From Desulfuromonadales bacterium (GTDB lineage: Bacteria; Desulfobacterota; JAENJC01): a stretch of DNA of 64,000 bases. A model generated the notes under the pieces. The model saw only the letters and a program-made list of their open reading frames with translations. It did not search any database and was not told the DNA's origin. Below, piece after piece: positions 36,734 through 45,576 of the stretch; positions within the stretch are counted from its first letter, which is position 1, and each line of letters opens with the position of its first letter. The stretch is taken from NCBI GenBank assembly GCA_919902985.1, contig CAKKSC010000009.1, positions 11,871 to 75,870 on the forward strand. The letters are read 5' to 3'. A program made the translations under genes and the position numbers.

Positions 36734-37825
36734 ATGAAAAATATACTATTTACGGCCTTTATCGGCCTTATGCTTTTAGCGGCACCTGCCCATGCCATGC
36801 ATCTCTCTGAGGGGATACTGCCTATGAAGTGGGCTGTTATTTGGTATCTTGTGGCCCTGCCGTTTGTGGCGTATGGTGTTTATAAGGTTAAGGCCATTTC
36901 AAAGGAAGACTTATCCATCAAGCCTATGCTCGGTATGATGGGGGCAGCTGTATTTATCATCTCATGCATGCCCGTCCCTGTCCCCACAGCCGGAACATGC
37001 TCTCATCCTTGCGGGACAGGGATGGCGGCAATACTTATAGGCCCGGTACTGAGCACCTTTGTGGCATCCATCGCCCTGTTGATACAGGCCCTCTTCCTTG
37101 CCCACGGCGGGATAACTACTTGGGGAGCTGACATTGTTTCTATGGGTGTTATAGGCTCTTTCTCTGCCTACCTGACATTTAAGGGGTTGCGGAAGGTTGG
37201 TCTTGGTCTCGTACCGGCAGCCTTTGCCGCCGGGGTAATTTCTGACTGGGCCACATATGCCACTACCTCTTTTGAACTTGCCTCTGCATTGCAGGGTAAT
37301 GAACCGTTCATGAAGCTCTTTTCAACCATACTTATTGCATTCATACCGACCCAACTCCCGCTTGGGATACTTGAGGGGGCTATGACAGCCGGGATGGTGG
37401 CCTTTGTGATGAAGAGAAGGCCGGAGATACTGGAGAACCTGGGAGTTATCAAAATGCAAAGTGCAAAGTGCAAAATGCAAAGCGTCGTAGGAACTTTACT
37501 ACTGATTGCTGTGGCCATAGTTCCTTTGGCTGCATCCGCTGAAGAAGGGAAATGGACAGGTGTGGATGAATCGGTTGTTGAGAAGGTGGCCAAGGAGCAT
37601 GGCAGGGAGGCATGGGAGCCCTTTATAAATACAGACCAGGGAGATCTCCTTCTCTTTGTATTTCTTGTAGCTGGCGTCATAGGCGGGTTTGTGATGGGGT
37701 ATTACTGGCGAGGGATTTTTGATAAAAAAATCCCTCGCAATCCCCCTTTAGAGGGGACTGTCCCAGATTTACGGACGAAGCGCAGCGAAGTCGTAGAATC
37801 GGGACTGTCCCCGGATCGAGGCTAA
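36734..37825 (+). CDS. cbiMN: Cobalt ECF transporter CbiM fused to a CbiN-like module
   Basis: Signal peptide ending AHA directly before MHLSEGILP (the metal-binding mature N-terminus of CbiM/NikM). After a simple-repeat linker comes a CbiN-like TM-loop-TM (..EGKWTGVDES..EPFINTDQGDLLLFVFLVAGVIGGFVMGYYW). The tail is encoded by a family-A repeat. Confidence 0.85.
   Translation: MKNILFTAFIGLMLLAAPAHAMHLSEGILPMKWAVIWYLVALPFVAYGVYKVKAISKEDLSIKPMLGMMGAAVFIISCMPVPVPTAGTCSHPCGTGMAAILIGPVLSTFVASIALLIQALFLAHGGITTWGADIVSMGVIGSFSAYLTFKGLRKVGLGLVPAAFAAGVISDWATYATTSFELASALQGNEPFMKLFSTILIAFIPTQLPLGILEGAMTAGMVAFVMKRRPEILENLGVIKMQSAKCKMQSVVGTLLLIAVAIVPLAASAEEGKWTGVDESVVEKVAKEHGREAWEPFINTDQGDLLLFVFLVAGVIGGFVMGYYWRGIFDKKIPRNPPLEGTVPDLRTKRSEVVESGLSPDRG
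37753..37812 (+). repeat. Family-A double-palindrome element
   Basis: GGGGACTGTCCCAGATTTACGGAC-gaagcgcagcgaa-GTCGTAGAATCGGGACTGTCCCC. It encodes the last ~24 aa of CbiMN. Confidence 0.9.
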
Positions 37826-37826
37826 T

Positions 37827-38441
37827 ATGTTTACCGGAACCTTTTCAGATGTATACGCTAAACGCGACAACTGGCTTACGAGGATGGATGCTAGAATTAA
37901 ACTGGCCTTTGCTGTAGCCCTCCTATTCCTGAATCTGTTCGGAGGCGCTGTTGTCTCTTTATTCATCTTTGCAGTCGCAATTTCGACCTTGCTTTATCTT
38001 CGTATTCCGACAAAAACCCTTTTAATCAGGCTTTTAGAGCCTTTAGGTGTTGCAGGGGTGGTAATCCTTGTGAAGCTCTATTTTATAGGTTGGTCCGGTC
38101 TTCCAGAAGGGTTGATGATAGCATCCAGGATACTTGGGGCAGTTTCCTTAATATTACTCTTAAGCATGACCACCCCAGTTGATGCCCTGTTAAAGGCCCT
38201 TTCATGGTTTTGGGTCCCCAGGACATGGACAGATGTTGCCCTCCTGACTTATCGCTACATATTTGTCCTCCTTGAGGATGCCTATGTAGTCTACTCTGCC
38301 CAACGGATAAGACTCGGGTATCTGGGGATAGGTCGCTCCTTCCAGTCCTTTGGAATCTTGGCAGGAGCCATAGTCATAAGAGCGTATGATCAGGCCATGG
38401 CAACCTCCCAGGCCATGAGGCTCAGGGGATACGTAGGATAA
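37827..38441 (+). CDS. cbiQ: ECF transporter T component CbiQ
   Basis: 204-aa membrane protein: ..LTRMDARIKLAFAV.. N-terminus and ..A.RIRLGY.. coupling-helix region. The ATG lies 1 nt after the cbiMN stop. Confidence 0.85.
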   Translation: MFTGTFSDVYAKRDNWLTRMDARIKLAFAVALLFLNLFGGAVVSLFIFAVAISTLLYLRIPTKTLLIRLLEPLGVAGVVILVKLYFIGWSGLPEGLMIASRILGAVSLILLLSMTTPVDALLKALSWFWVPRTWTDVALLTYRYIFVLLEDAYVVYSAQRIRLGYLGIGRSFQSFGILAGAIVIRAYDQAMATSQAMRLRGYVG

Positions 38442-38444
38442 GAT

Positions 38445-38514
38445 AACTCCCCCCAGCCCCCTCTTAAGTTAAGAGGGGATTTATGCCCTGCGGGTATGCC
38501 GAAGGCGGGGGCGT
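38445..38514. repeat. Family-B hairpin element
   Basis: AACTCCCCCCAGCCCCCTCTTAAGTTAAGAGGGG...GCCGAAGGCGGGGGCGTT, in the cbiQ/cbiO spacer. Confidence 0.8.
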
Positions 38515-38515
38515 T

Positions 38516-39382
38516 ATGAATAAAGGATTAACGATGAGCCTGATCGAAGCAAAGAATATGTCTTTCACCTACCCCGACGGGAGCAAGGCGCTGCAGGATG
38601 TAAACCTTAAGGTTGAAAAAGGGGAGTTTGTCGGCCTTCTGGCCTCCAATGGTTCAGGGAAGACTACCCTTCTTAGATGCCTGAACAATCTTATCAAGCC
38701 CCAGACCGGTGAAGTTTCAATTGACGGGAAAGGTATTGCCGGTCTTCCTCAAAAAATACTTTTCCAGCGGATCGGGATGGTCTTTCAGAACCCAAATGAC
38801 CAGCTCTTTGCCTCAACCGTTGCAGAAGATGTTGCCTTTGGCCCGTCTAACATGGGCCTGTCAAAGGATGAAGTTAAGAGCAGTGTTGATGAGGCATTGA
38901 AGGCTGTGGGTATGGATGACCTTGGGAAGAAATCCATCCACAACCTCTCATTCGGACAGCAGAAGAGGGTATGCATCGCAGGGGCCCTGGCCATGCATCC
39001 TGAAGTCCTGTTGCTGGATGAGCCCACAGCTGGTCTTGATCCTATGGGCGAACACAAGATAATGGAGCTTTTGCAGAAGTTAAACAACGAAAGGGGCCTT
39101 ACCATAGTCATGGCGACCCATATGGTCGATATGGTACCCCTATTCATCGACAGGATATATATACTTAGCCGCGGAAAGGTCCTGAGGGAAGGAACGCCTG
39201 AGAAGGTCTTTTCAGACCCTGAGATGATAAAGGATGCAAAGCTGAGGCTCCCGATGATAGCAGAACTTATCGAACTTATGAGGCAGGAAGACGGGATATA
39301 TTTTGATAGAACACCATTGACCATTGGAGAGGCGAGACGGGAGCTGGTGAAGATGATAACGTTGAGGGAGTTAAAGAAATAA
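38516..39382 (+). CDS. cbiO: ECF transporter ATPase CbiO
   Basis: Walker A ASNGSGKTT, Q-loop, signature LSFGQQKRV, Walker B LLLDEP. Start chosen at ATG 38516, downstream of the repeat. Confidence 0.92.
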   Translation: MNKGLTMSLIEAKNMSFTYPDGSKALQDVNLKVEKGEFVGLLASNGSGKTTLLRCLNNLIKPQTGEVSIDGKGIAGLPQKILFQRIGMVFQNPNDQLFASTVAEDVAFGPSNMGLSKDEVKSSVDEALKAVGMDDLGKKSIHNLSFGQQKRVCIAGALAMHPEVLLLDEPTAGLDPMGEHKIMELLQKLNNERGLTIVMATHMVDMVPLFIDRIYILSRGKVLREGTPEKVFSDPEMIKDAKLRLPMIAELIELMRQEDGIYFDRTPLTIGEARRELVKMITLRELKK

Positions 39383-39384
39383 TA

Positions 39385-39412
39385 GTAGGGGCGTATTGCC
39401 ATACGCCCCTAC
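39385..39412. repeat. REP single hairpin (GTAGGGGCGTATTGC.ATACGCCCCTAC)
   Basis: Perfect 13-bp stem. Identical-type copies lie at 47459-47486 (inside cobQ) and 60445-60472. Confidence 0.85.
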
Positions 39413-39425
39413 ATAATAAAATTCT

Positions 39426-40670
39426 ATGTCACCAATAAGACCATTACGTCACGGCTATACCACCGGTTCCTGCGCGACTGCTGCCGCTAAGGCTGCCACA
39501 CTGGCCTTTTTACGGCAGGAAAGCGTGAAAGAGGTAGAGATAACCCTTCCAAAAGGTGAGATGGTTTTATTTAAGGTGCATTCATGCACTTTTAACAAGG
39601 AATCTTCCAGATGTTCTGTTATAAAGGATGGGGGAGATGATCCTGATGTGACGAATGGTGAAGAAATAGTGGCCGAGGTTTTTATCTCGGCGAATCAGGA
39701 GATAGCTCAAACTCCCCCCAACCCCCTCTTTACTAAAGAGGGGGTGCCAAAGGCGGGGGAGTTGTCTGTCGTCGAATCAGGACTCTCTCCGGTCGGGAAA
39801 AAAGCCTTCGAGTTCAGTGTTCATAATTCACAGGTCATTGTTTACGGTGGCAGAGGAGTTGGAGTTATTACAAAACCTGGGCTGGCCCTGCCTGTTGGTG
39901 AACCTGCCATTAACCCCGTTCCAAGAAAGATGATACAACAGGCGGTTGAAGAGGCGATTAGCGGTATGCAATACGCCCCTACAAATGTCATGGTTATCAT
40001 CTCCGTCCCTGATGGCGAGATGATTGCCAAGGGCACACTCAACAAACGCCTTGGGATAATGGGCGGGATCTCTATACTTGGGACAACCGGTATTGTAAAG
40101 CCGATATCCACCAAGGCCTGGGCTGACACCATAAGCGTTGCCCTGGATGTTGCCAAGGCTGCCGGACTTGAAGAGGTTGTATTGACCACGGGTCGGACCA
40201 GCGAGAAAGTCGCGATGGAGAGGTTAAAACTCCCGCCGGAGGCTTATATCCAGATGGGTGACCATGTTGGCTATTCCCTCAGAGAGTGCGTAAAAAAACG
40301 GTTCAAGATGGTCACCATTGCCGGACAATTTGGGAAGTTTACCAAGATAGCATCAGGAGAGTTTGAGACAAACGTCAGGGACTCAACTCTGGAGCTTAAG
40401 ACGCTGTCCGATATTATCCTTCAATCATTATCATCCCATCAGATTGATCCTACAAGGGCTGAAAAAGTGGCTCAGCTGGTAAAGAGCGCAAACACGGCCC
40501 GTCAGGCCTATTTCATCATAAGAGATGAAGGGATGGAGGAGATCATAGAGGCCGTGTGCATGAAGGTTTGTGAAAATTCAGTGAACTTTATCAAGGCAGA
40601 TACCCTTGAGTCCATAAATGTTGACTGCATATTGGTCGGATACGAAGGGGAGATAGTCTTTGCGATCTAA
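39426..40670 (+). CDS. cbiD: Cobalt-precorrin-5B (C1)-methyltransferase CbiD
   Basis: LRHGYTTGSCATAAAKAA.. N-terminus, ..DGGDDPDVTNG.., ..INPVP..MI.., ..GGISILGTTGIV.P.S... Carries repeat-derived inserts at about 39709-39790. Confidence 0.9.
   Translation: MSPIRPLRHGYTTGSCATAAAKAATLAFLRQESVKEVEITLPKGEMVLFKVHSCTFNKESSRCSVIKDGGDDPDVTNGEEIVAEVFISANQEIAQTPPNPLFTKEGVPKAGELSVVESGLSPVGKKAFEFSVHNSQVIVYGGRGVGVITKPGLALPVGEPAINPVPRKMIQQAVEEAISGMQYAPTNVMVIISVPDGEMIAKGTLNKRLGIMGGISILGTTGIVKPISTKAWADTISVALDVAKAAGLEEVVLTTGRTSEKVAMERLKLPPEAYIQMGDHVGYSLRECVKKRFKMVTIAGQFGKFTKIASGEFETNVRDSTLELKTLSDIILQSLSSHQIDPTRAEKVAQLVKSANTARQAYFIIRDEGMEEIIEAVCMKVCENSVNFIKADTLESINVDCILVGYEGEIVFAI
39709..39762. repeat. Family-B hairpin element inside cbiD
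   Basis: AACTCCCCCCAACCCCCTCTTTACTAAAGAGGGGGTGCCAAAGGCGGGGGAGTT, translated as TPPNPLFTKEGVPKAGEL. Confidence 0.9.
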
Positions 40671-42021
40671 TATCCACATAATAGGGGTCGGTGTCGAGGG
40701 CCGTGAAAGTCTTTCTCAAAAGGCCCTTAAAGTTCTTGAATCTGCCGGTCTTCTGATAGGCGGAGAGCGACATCTTGATGAGTTCCCTGAATTCAAGGGT
40801 GAACGGTTTGTCCTGAAGGCGAATTTGAAGGAGATGCTTGAGGTTATAATAAGTTCCGGGGACAGTCCCGATTCTACAACTCCCCCCAACCCCCTCTTTA
40901 GTAAAGAGGGGGTGCCAATAGGCGGGAGAGTTGTCGTCCTTGCCTCCGGCGATCCAGGCCTCTTCGGCATTGCCGATTACCTGATAAGGAACCTTGGGCA
41001 AGATGCAGTTGAGATAACACCAAATGTCAGCGCCATGCAGTGGGCCTTTGCAAAGGCAAAAGTAAGCTGGAACGATGCACGGATTGTCAGCAGCCACGGA
41101 CGAGGGATGGACAAGATTTTAGAAGCTGCAGGAGATGCAGAAAAGATTGGAATATTCACAAGCAACGGGGATGAGCCTTCTGAGATTGCAGAACTACTCA
41201 TTGATAATGGATTGAACAGTTTTACTGCATACATATGTGAAGACCTGGGTATGGAGACTGAAAAAGTCCTGGAGATGCAGCTTTCGGACGTATCAGGTAA
41301 GTCATTTGCTGCGTTGAATGTGATGGTACTTGTAAGGCAGGGGTCAGGGGGCAGGGGTCAGGGAGCAGAAGAAAATAAAAAAATCATCCCTCATCCCTCA
41401 TCCCTCATCCCTATTCTCGGTCTTCCCGACTCCGAATTCGCCCATTCCAAAGGCCTCATAACCAAGGAGGAGGTTCGGGCCGTCAGCCTTGCAAAGCTGA
41501 GAATGAGGAATGACAGCATTGTCTGGGATATCGGAGCCGGTTCCGGCTCTGTGGGTATCGAGGCGGCAAGGCTTTGCAGGGATGGAAAGGTCTTTGCCAT
41601 AGAAAAGGAACCGGAGAGGGTAGCTCATATCTACGAGAATATAAAGAAGTTTGGCATTGCAAACATGATCGTTCTGGAAGGAAAAGCGCCGGAAGGTCTT
41701 GACGGTTTATCAGACCCTGACGCTGTCTTTATCGGGGGAAGCGGAGGAAATCTCTCTGATATCCTTGATGTTGTCAAAGGGAGGCTACGGCCTTCAGGTC
41801 GGATAGTCATAAACGCCATAACTCTTGAGACCCTTCATGAGGCCACGACTGGTCTGAAAGATAGAGGGTTTGATGTAGATGTTGTAAGCCTGAACATTGC
41901 AAGAAGCAAGGACCTGATAGGGATGAAGATGTTCGAGGCGGAGAATCCGGTATTTATAATAATAGGCGAAAGGAGTAAGGGGACTGTCCCAGATTTACGG
42001 ACGAGCGCAGCGAAGTCGTAG
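40660..42021 (+). CDS. cbiET: Cobalt-precorrin-7 (C5)-methyltransferase / cobalt-precorrin-6B (C15)-methyltransferase (decarboxylating), CbiE-CbiT fusion
   Basis: CbiE half: IHIIGVGVEG.., VVVLASGDPGLFG. CbiT half: ..ITKEEVRAVSLAKL......WDIGAGSGSV.IEAA... Repeat inserts lie at 40858-40932 and 41339-41411. The stop codon lies inside a family-A element. Confidence 0.9.
   Translation: MRSNIHIIGVGVEGRESLSQKALKVLESAGLLIGGERHLDEFPEFKGERFVLKANLKEMLEVIISSGDSPDSTTPPNPLFSKEGVPIGGRVVVLASGDPGLFGIADYLIRNLGQDAVEITPNVSAMQWAFAKAKVSWNDARIVSSHGRGMDKILEAAGDAEKIGIFTSNGDEPSEIAELLIDNGLNSFTAYICEDLGMETEKVLEMQLSDVSGKSFAALNVMVLVRQGSGGRGQGAEENKKIIPHPSSLIPILGLPDSEFAHSKGLITKEEVRAVSLAKLRMRNDSIVWDIGAGSGSVGIEAARLCRDGKVFAIEKEPERVAHIYENIKKFGIANMIVLEGKAPEGLDGLSDPDAVFIGGSGGNLSDILDVVKGRLRPSGRIVINAITLETLHEATTGLKDRGFDVDVVSLNIARSKDLIGMKMFEAENPVFIIIGERSKGTVPDLRTSAAKS
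40858..40932. repeat. Composite insert: inverted family-A half plus a family-B hairpin inside cbiET
   Basis: GGGGACAGTCCCGATTCTACAAC then AACTCCCCCCAACCCCCTCTTTAGTAAAGAGGGGGTGCCAATAGGCGGGAGAGTT, translated as GDSPDSTTPPNPLFSKEGVPIGGRV. Confidence 0.9.
41384..41411. repeat. Heptanucleotide tandem repeat (TCATCCC)x4
   Basis: Four perfect units in the CbiE/CbiT linker, preceded by the G-rich GGGGTCAGGGGGCAGGGGTCAGGG (41339-41363). Confidence 0.9.
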
Positions 42022-42037
42022 AATCGGGGCTGTCCCC
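41979..42037 (+). repeat. Family-A double-palindrome element
   Basis: GGGGACTGTCCCAGATTTACGGAC-gagcgcagcgaa-GTCGTAGAATCGGGGCTGTCCCC. The TAG of the right arm is the cbiET stop codon. Confidence 0.9.
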
Positions 42038-42045
42038 AATATAGC

Positions 42046-42760
42046 GTGAAAAAATTAGGCAAATTATACGGTATTGGTGTTGGTCCAGGAGACCCGGAAC
42101 TTTTGACCCTCAAGGCTGTGAGGGTGCTTGGAGAAGCCGAAGTTGTTGCCATTCCAAAATCCAAGGAGGAGTCGTATAGCATCGCCCTTTCAATCGTGAA
42201 AGGCGCCGTGGACCTTTCAAAAAAAGAAACCCTTGAACTCATGTTCCCCATGACCAAGGACAAAGAGGTCCTCAGGAAGGCAAGGGAAGAGGCTGCGGCG
42301 GCTATATGCGAAAGGCTTAAGGGAGGGAAGGATGTTGCATGCATAACCCTGGGAGATCCAATGTTCTACAGCACCTTCAGCTATTTGATCCCTCTGCTCA
42401 GGGCAAGGGTTCCAGGGATAGAAATAGAGATAGTTCCGGGTATCTCATCCGTCATGGCTTCGGCTGCAATGACCGTTACACCGCTCACGGAAGCGGATGA
42501 AAGGCTGGCGGTGATACCGGCAACATATGAGCAGGAAAAATTGAGAGACATACTTAGGGAGTTTGATACAGTTGTGCTTATGAAGGTGAACAGGGTATTC
42601 GATAAGGTACTTGGACTGTTGGAAGAGCTAGGCTTGAAGGAAAAGGCTGTGTTCATCGAGAGATGCGGCGGCGAAAACCAGAGGGTTGTTCGAGATTTAG
42701 ACAGTTTGAAGGGCGAGAAGCTGGATTATCTCTCAATGGTGATAGTCAAGAGAGGTAATC

Positions 42761-42771
<11 letters not shown>
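42046..42771 (+). CDS. cbiL: Cobalt-precorrin-2 (C20)-methyltransferase CbiL
   Basis: KLYGIGVGPGDPELLTLKA.. and ..LGDPMFYSTF.. tetrapyrrole methylase motifs. GTG start. Confidence 0.88.
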
Positions 42772-43546
<775 letters not shown>

Positions 43547-43625
43547 ATATATACGGTGAGATTATAGGCGTTATTATAATTTTAGATTTTCTCTGCGTCT
43601 CTGCGCCTCCGCGGTGGATAATTAT

Positions 43626-44747
43626 ATGAAGACCGCCATAATCACCCTTACTAAGGGCAGCGTGGAGCTTGGTCTCGGACTTCATGAGAGGTTGATGGAT
43701 TCCGAGCTTTTTGTCCCTGAGAAGCACAGGGATATGGCCGACGGAAAGGGTATCACCTTTACCGAGATAACGGATGTTGCGGAGAAGGCCTTTTCCGAAT
43801 ATGACGGACTGGTCTTCATCATGGCGACAGGAATTGTTGTAAGGGTCATTGCTCCATTTATAAAAGGGAAGGACATGGACCCTGCTGTCGTTGTCATGGA
43901 TGAAGCCGGAAAGTTTGCTATATCTCTTTTGTCAGGGCATTTGGGCGGGGCCAATGAACTGGCCGGAGAGGTAGCCGGACTTACAGGAGCTACACCTGTC
44001 ATTACGACTGCGACGGATGTTTGCAATAAGCCGTGTGCAGAGGGTATCGCCAGGGAACTGGATTGCGAGATAGAGAACGTTGCAAGGATAAAGAAGGTCA
44101 ACAGCGCGTTTCTGCATGACGAGAAGGTGGCTATAAACCTCCCAGCAGGAGAGAGGGAGGCCATTGCCGGTTGTGGTAACTTTATTTTTTTTGGCACTTT
44201 GCAGGGGCTTCTTGCTTCAGAATGCACTGCCCGCATCGCTGTAACCAACAGGCTGACGCCTGATATTCTTGGGAACTGTCTTGTCTTCAGGCCGATGAAT
44301 CTTGTTGTCGGTATCGGATGCAACAGGAACACATCCGCAGAGGAGATAGAAGATGTGGCATTTAAGGTTTTGAAGGATGCCGGGCTTTCTCAAATGAGTA
44401 TACGGAATCTGGCTACTATAGATGTTAAAAGGGATGAGGACGGGATCCTAAAATTTGCTGAGAAGTATGGCCTTACGATAGATTTTTTTAATAAAGAAGA
44501 GCTGGAAGAAACAAAGCTGGTGACTCCCCCTTCACTGCATGTCATAGATGCAGTGGGAGTCGGCGGCGTGTGCGAGCCTGCTGCCATGCTGAGTGCAAAG
44601 GTTTCAACGCTATTGGTAAACAAAGTAAAGTCTGGGAATGTAACGGTGGCAGTGGCAGAAATGGAGGGGACTGTCCCAGATTTACGGACGGAGCAAAGCG
44701 GAGTCGTAGAATCGGGACTGTCCCCGAAAAAGGGAGGCTATTTTTGA
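43626..44747 (+). CDS. cbiG: Cobalt-precorrin-5A hydrolase CbiG
   Basis: N-terminal ..AIITLTKGS.., central ..ISLLSGHLGGAN.LA.. and C-terminal ..VVGIGCNRNTS.EEI... The tail is encoded by a family-A element. Confidence 0.88.
   Translation: MKTAIITLTKGSVELGLGLHERLMDSELFVPEKHRDMADGKGITFTEITDVAEKAFSEYDGLVFIMATGIVVRVIAPFIKGKDMDPAVVVMDEAGKFAISLLSGHLGGANELAGEVAGLTGATPVITTATDVCNKPCAEGIARELDCEIENVARIKKVNSAFLHDEKVAINLPAGEREAIAGCGNFIFFGTLQGLLASECTARIAVTNRLTPDILGNCLVFRPMNLVVGIGCNRNTSAEEIEDVAFKVLKDAGLSQMSIRNLATIDVKRDEDGILKFAEKYGLTIDFFNKEELEETKLVTPPSLHVIDAVGVGGVCEPAAMLSAKVSTLLVNKVKSGNVTVAVAEMEGTVPDLRTEQSGVVESGLSPKKGGYF
44666..44725 (+). repeat. Family-A double-palindrome element
   Basis: GGGGACTGTCCCAGATTTACGGAC-ggagcaaagcgga-GTCGTAGAATCGGGACTGTCCCC, translated as the CbiG C-terminus GTVPDLRTEQSGVVESGLSP. 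Confidence 0.9.
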
Positions 44748-45550
44748 AAGGTAAAATATTTGTTGTCGGCATCGGCCCCGGAAGTGCGGAGCATTTGACA
44801 CAGAGGGCCAGGACCGCACTGTATGAGGCCGACGTAATTGTTGGATATAAAACTTATGTAAACCTGATAAAGTGCATTGTGGGCGGCAAGGAGATTGTAT
44901 CTACCGGCATGACTGAGGAAGTGGAGCGCTGCAAGGCCGCCATTGAATTGGCAGAGAATGGTAAGAAGGTCGCCGTCATATCCAGTGGTGATGCGGGGAT
45001 ATATGGGATGGCGGGACTGATATATGAATTAGTGGCCAATAAGGGGACTGTCCCAGATTTACGGACATCGCCCCGCTCCGTCGTAGAATCGGGACTGTCC
45101 CCGACTTTAACCGTTCACGATATTGAGATCATCCCAGGCGTCTCAGCCCTTAATGCAGCCGCGGCAGTCCTTGGCGCGCCGTTAATGCATGACTTCGCTG
45201 CAATTTCTCTATCTGATCTCCTTACGCCCTGGGAAGTCATTCAGAAAAGGATTGAGTCTGCTGCAATGGCCGATTTTGTTATCTGCATATATAATCCAAA
45301 GTCATCCGGGAGGGTCGAACAGATAAGGATTGCACGGGACTTAATCTCAAGACACAGGAAGCCTGATACCCCTGTGGGGATAGTTAAAAATGCCATGAGG
45401 GATGGACAGAAGGTTTTGCTTACTACCCTTTCTGATATGCTTAACCATGATATAGACATGCTTACAACGATTATAATCGGCAATTCCACGACGTACATGG
45501 TCGACAGTGTGATGGTGACGCCGAGGGGATATAAGATAGGCGAAGAGTGA
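44744..45550 (+). CDS. cbiH: Cobalt-precorrin-3B (C17)-methyltransferase CbiH
   Basis: KIFVVGIGPGS.EHLT.RA.., ..VISSGDAGIYGMAGL.., ..PGVSA.NAAAA.LGAPL.HDF... The TTG start overlaps the cbiG stop. Contains a 60-nt in-frame family-A insert. Confidence 0.88.
   Translation: MKGKIFVVGIGPGSAEHLTQRARTALYEADVIVGYKTYVNLIKCIVGGKEIVSTGMTEEVERCKAAIELAENGKKVAVISSGDAGIYGMAGLIYELVANKGTVPDLRTSPRSVVESGLSPTLTVHDIEIIPGVSALNAAAAVLGAPLMHDFAAISLSDLLTPWEVIQKRIESAAMADFVICIYNPKSSGRVEQIRIARDLISRHRKPDTPVGIVKNAMRDGQKVLLTTLSDMLNHDIDMLTTIIIGNSTTYMVDSVMVTPRGYKIGEE
45043..45102 (+). repeat. Family-A double-palindrome element inside cbiH
   Basis: GGGGACTGTCCCAGATTTACGGAC-atcgccccgctcc-GTCGTAGAATCGGGACTGTCCCC; exactly 60 nt, translated as GTVPDLRTSPRSVVESGLSP. 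Confidence 0.9.
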
Positions 45551-45576
45551 GAATCAACGGTTAGGAGTTGTTATTG

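Noticed and set aside
44570-44743. Upstream extension of cbiH (ORF track start 44570)
   Set aside because: This stretch is the out-of-frame 3' end of cbiG including a family-A repeat. CbiH homology starts at KIFVVGIGPG, directly after TTG 44744, which overlaps the cbiG stop.
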